From the IMG/VR virus record IMGVR_UViG_2690316224_000007: DNA of 24,162 nucleotides, one strand, 5' to 3'. Made by a program: the position numbers and the translations under genes. Positions within the stretch are counted from its first letter, which is position 1; every line of letters starts with the position of its first letter. This DNA is from a virus. Lineage: Duplodnaviria; Heunggongvirae; Uroviricota; Caudoviricetes. The notes below the pieces were generated by a model that was not told the DNA's origin, did not search any database, and saw nothing but the letters and a program-made list of their open reading frames with translations. Below, piece by piece: positions 24,160 to 24,162 of this stretch.

Positions 24160-24162
24160 GCG

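Noticed and set aside
1-24162. tRNA gene or attachment site in the window
   Set aside because: No cloverleaf-like structure or integrase gene was noticed. The window appears to lie inside the prophage, with int/att expected beyond the right edge.

Overview
The window is a segment of a P2-like (Peduovirus-type) prophage in an enterobacterial-style, GC-rich background; all calls are by eye from the sequence and the ORF track, with no database search run. Layout: (1) 1-7955, minus strand: baseplate/tail genes I' (partial), J, W, V, S, R, then a lysis cassette (overlapping Rz1-like o-spanin and Rz-like i-spanin, an M15-peptidase endolysin, a holin), then X, L, M, N, O in P2 order, with many 1-4 nt start/stop overlaps. 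(2) 8077-10874, plus strand: terminase large subunit P and portal Q, divergent from O. (3) 10875-11994: intergenic region rich in palindromes where cos is expected by synteny (no cos sequence identified), then an AT-richer islet with an 89-aa ORF and two intrinsic terminators. (4) 11995-13346: a plasmid-type ParM/ParR segregation cassette lying directly downstream of the replication gene A, in the A-to-cos slot that holds the dispensable tin/old genes in P2. (5) 13347-16169: a 940-aa gpA-like rolling-circle initiator with visible HUH and YxxxY motifs. (6) 16097-22156: a 1382-bp block present three times, the copies joined exactly at a single N (17637) and an NNNNNN run (20769-20774); the copies carry different alleles, so this is most likely scaffolded paralogous contigs rather than a real tandem array. 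(7) 21890-22920: an SPFH/Band-7 lipoprotein with an inner-membrane retention signal, translationally coupled to a small two-helix membrane protein. (8) 22931-24162: a chain of coupled small early genes in AT-rich DNA. The most interesting candidates are the ParMR cassette in the cargo slot and the SPFH pair in the early operon; neither is proven novel from sequence alone.
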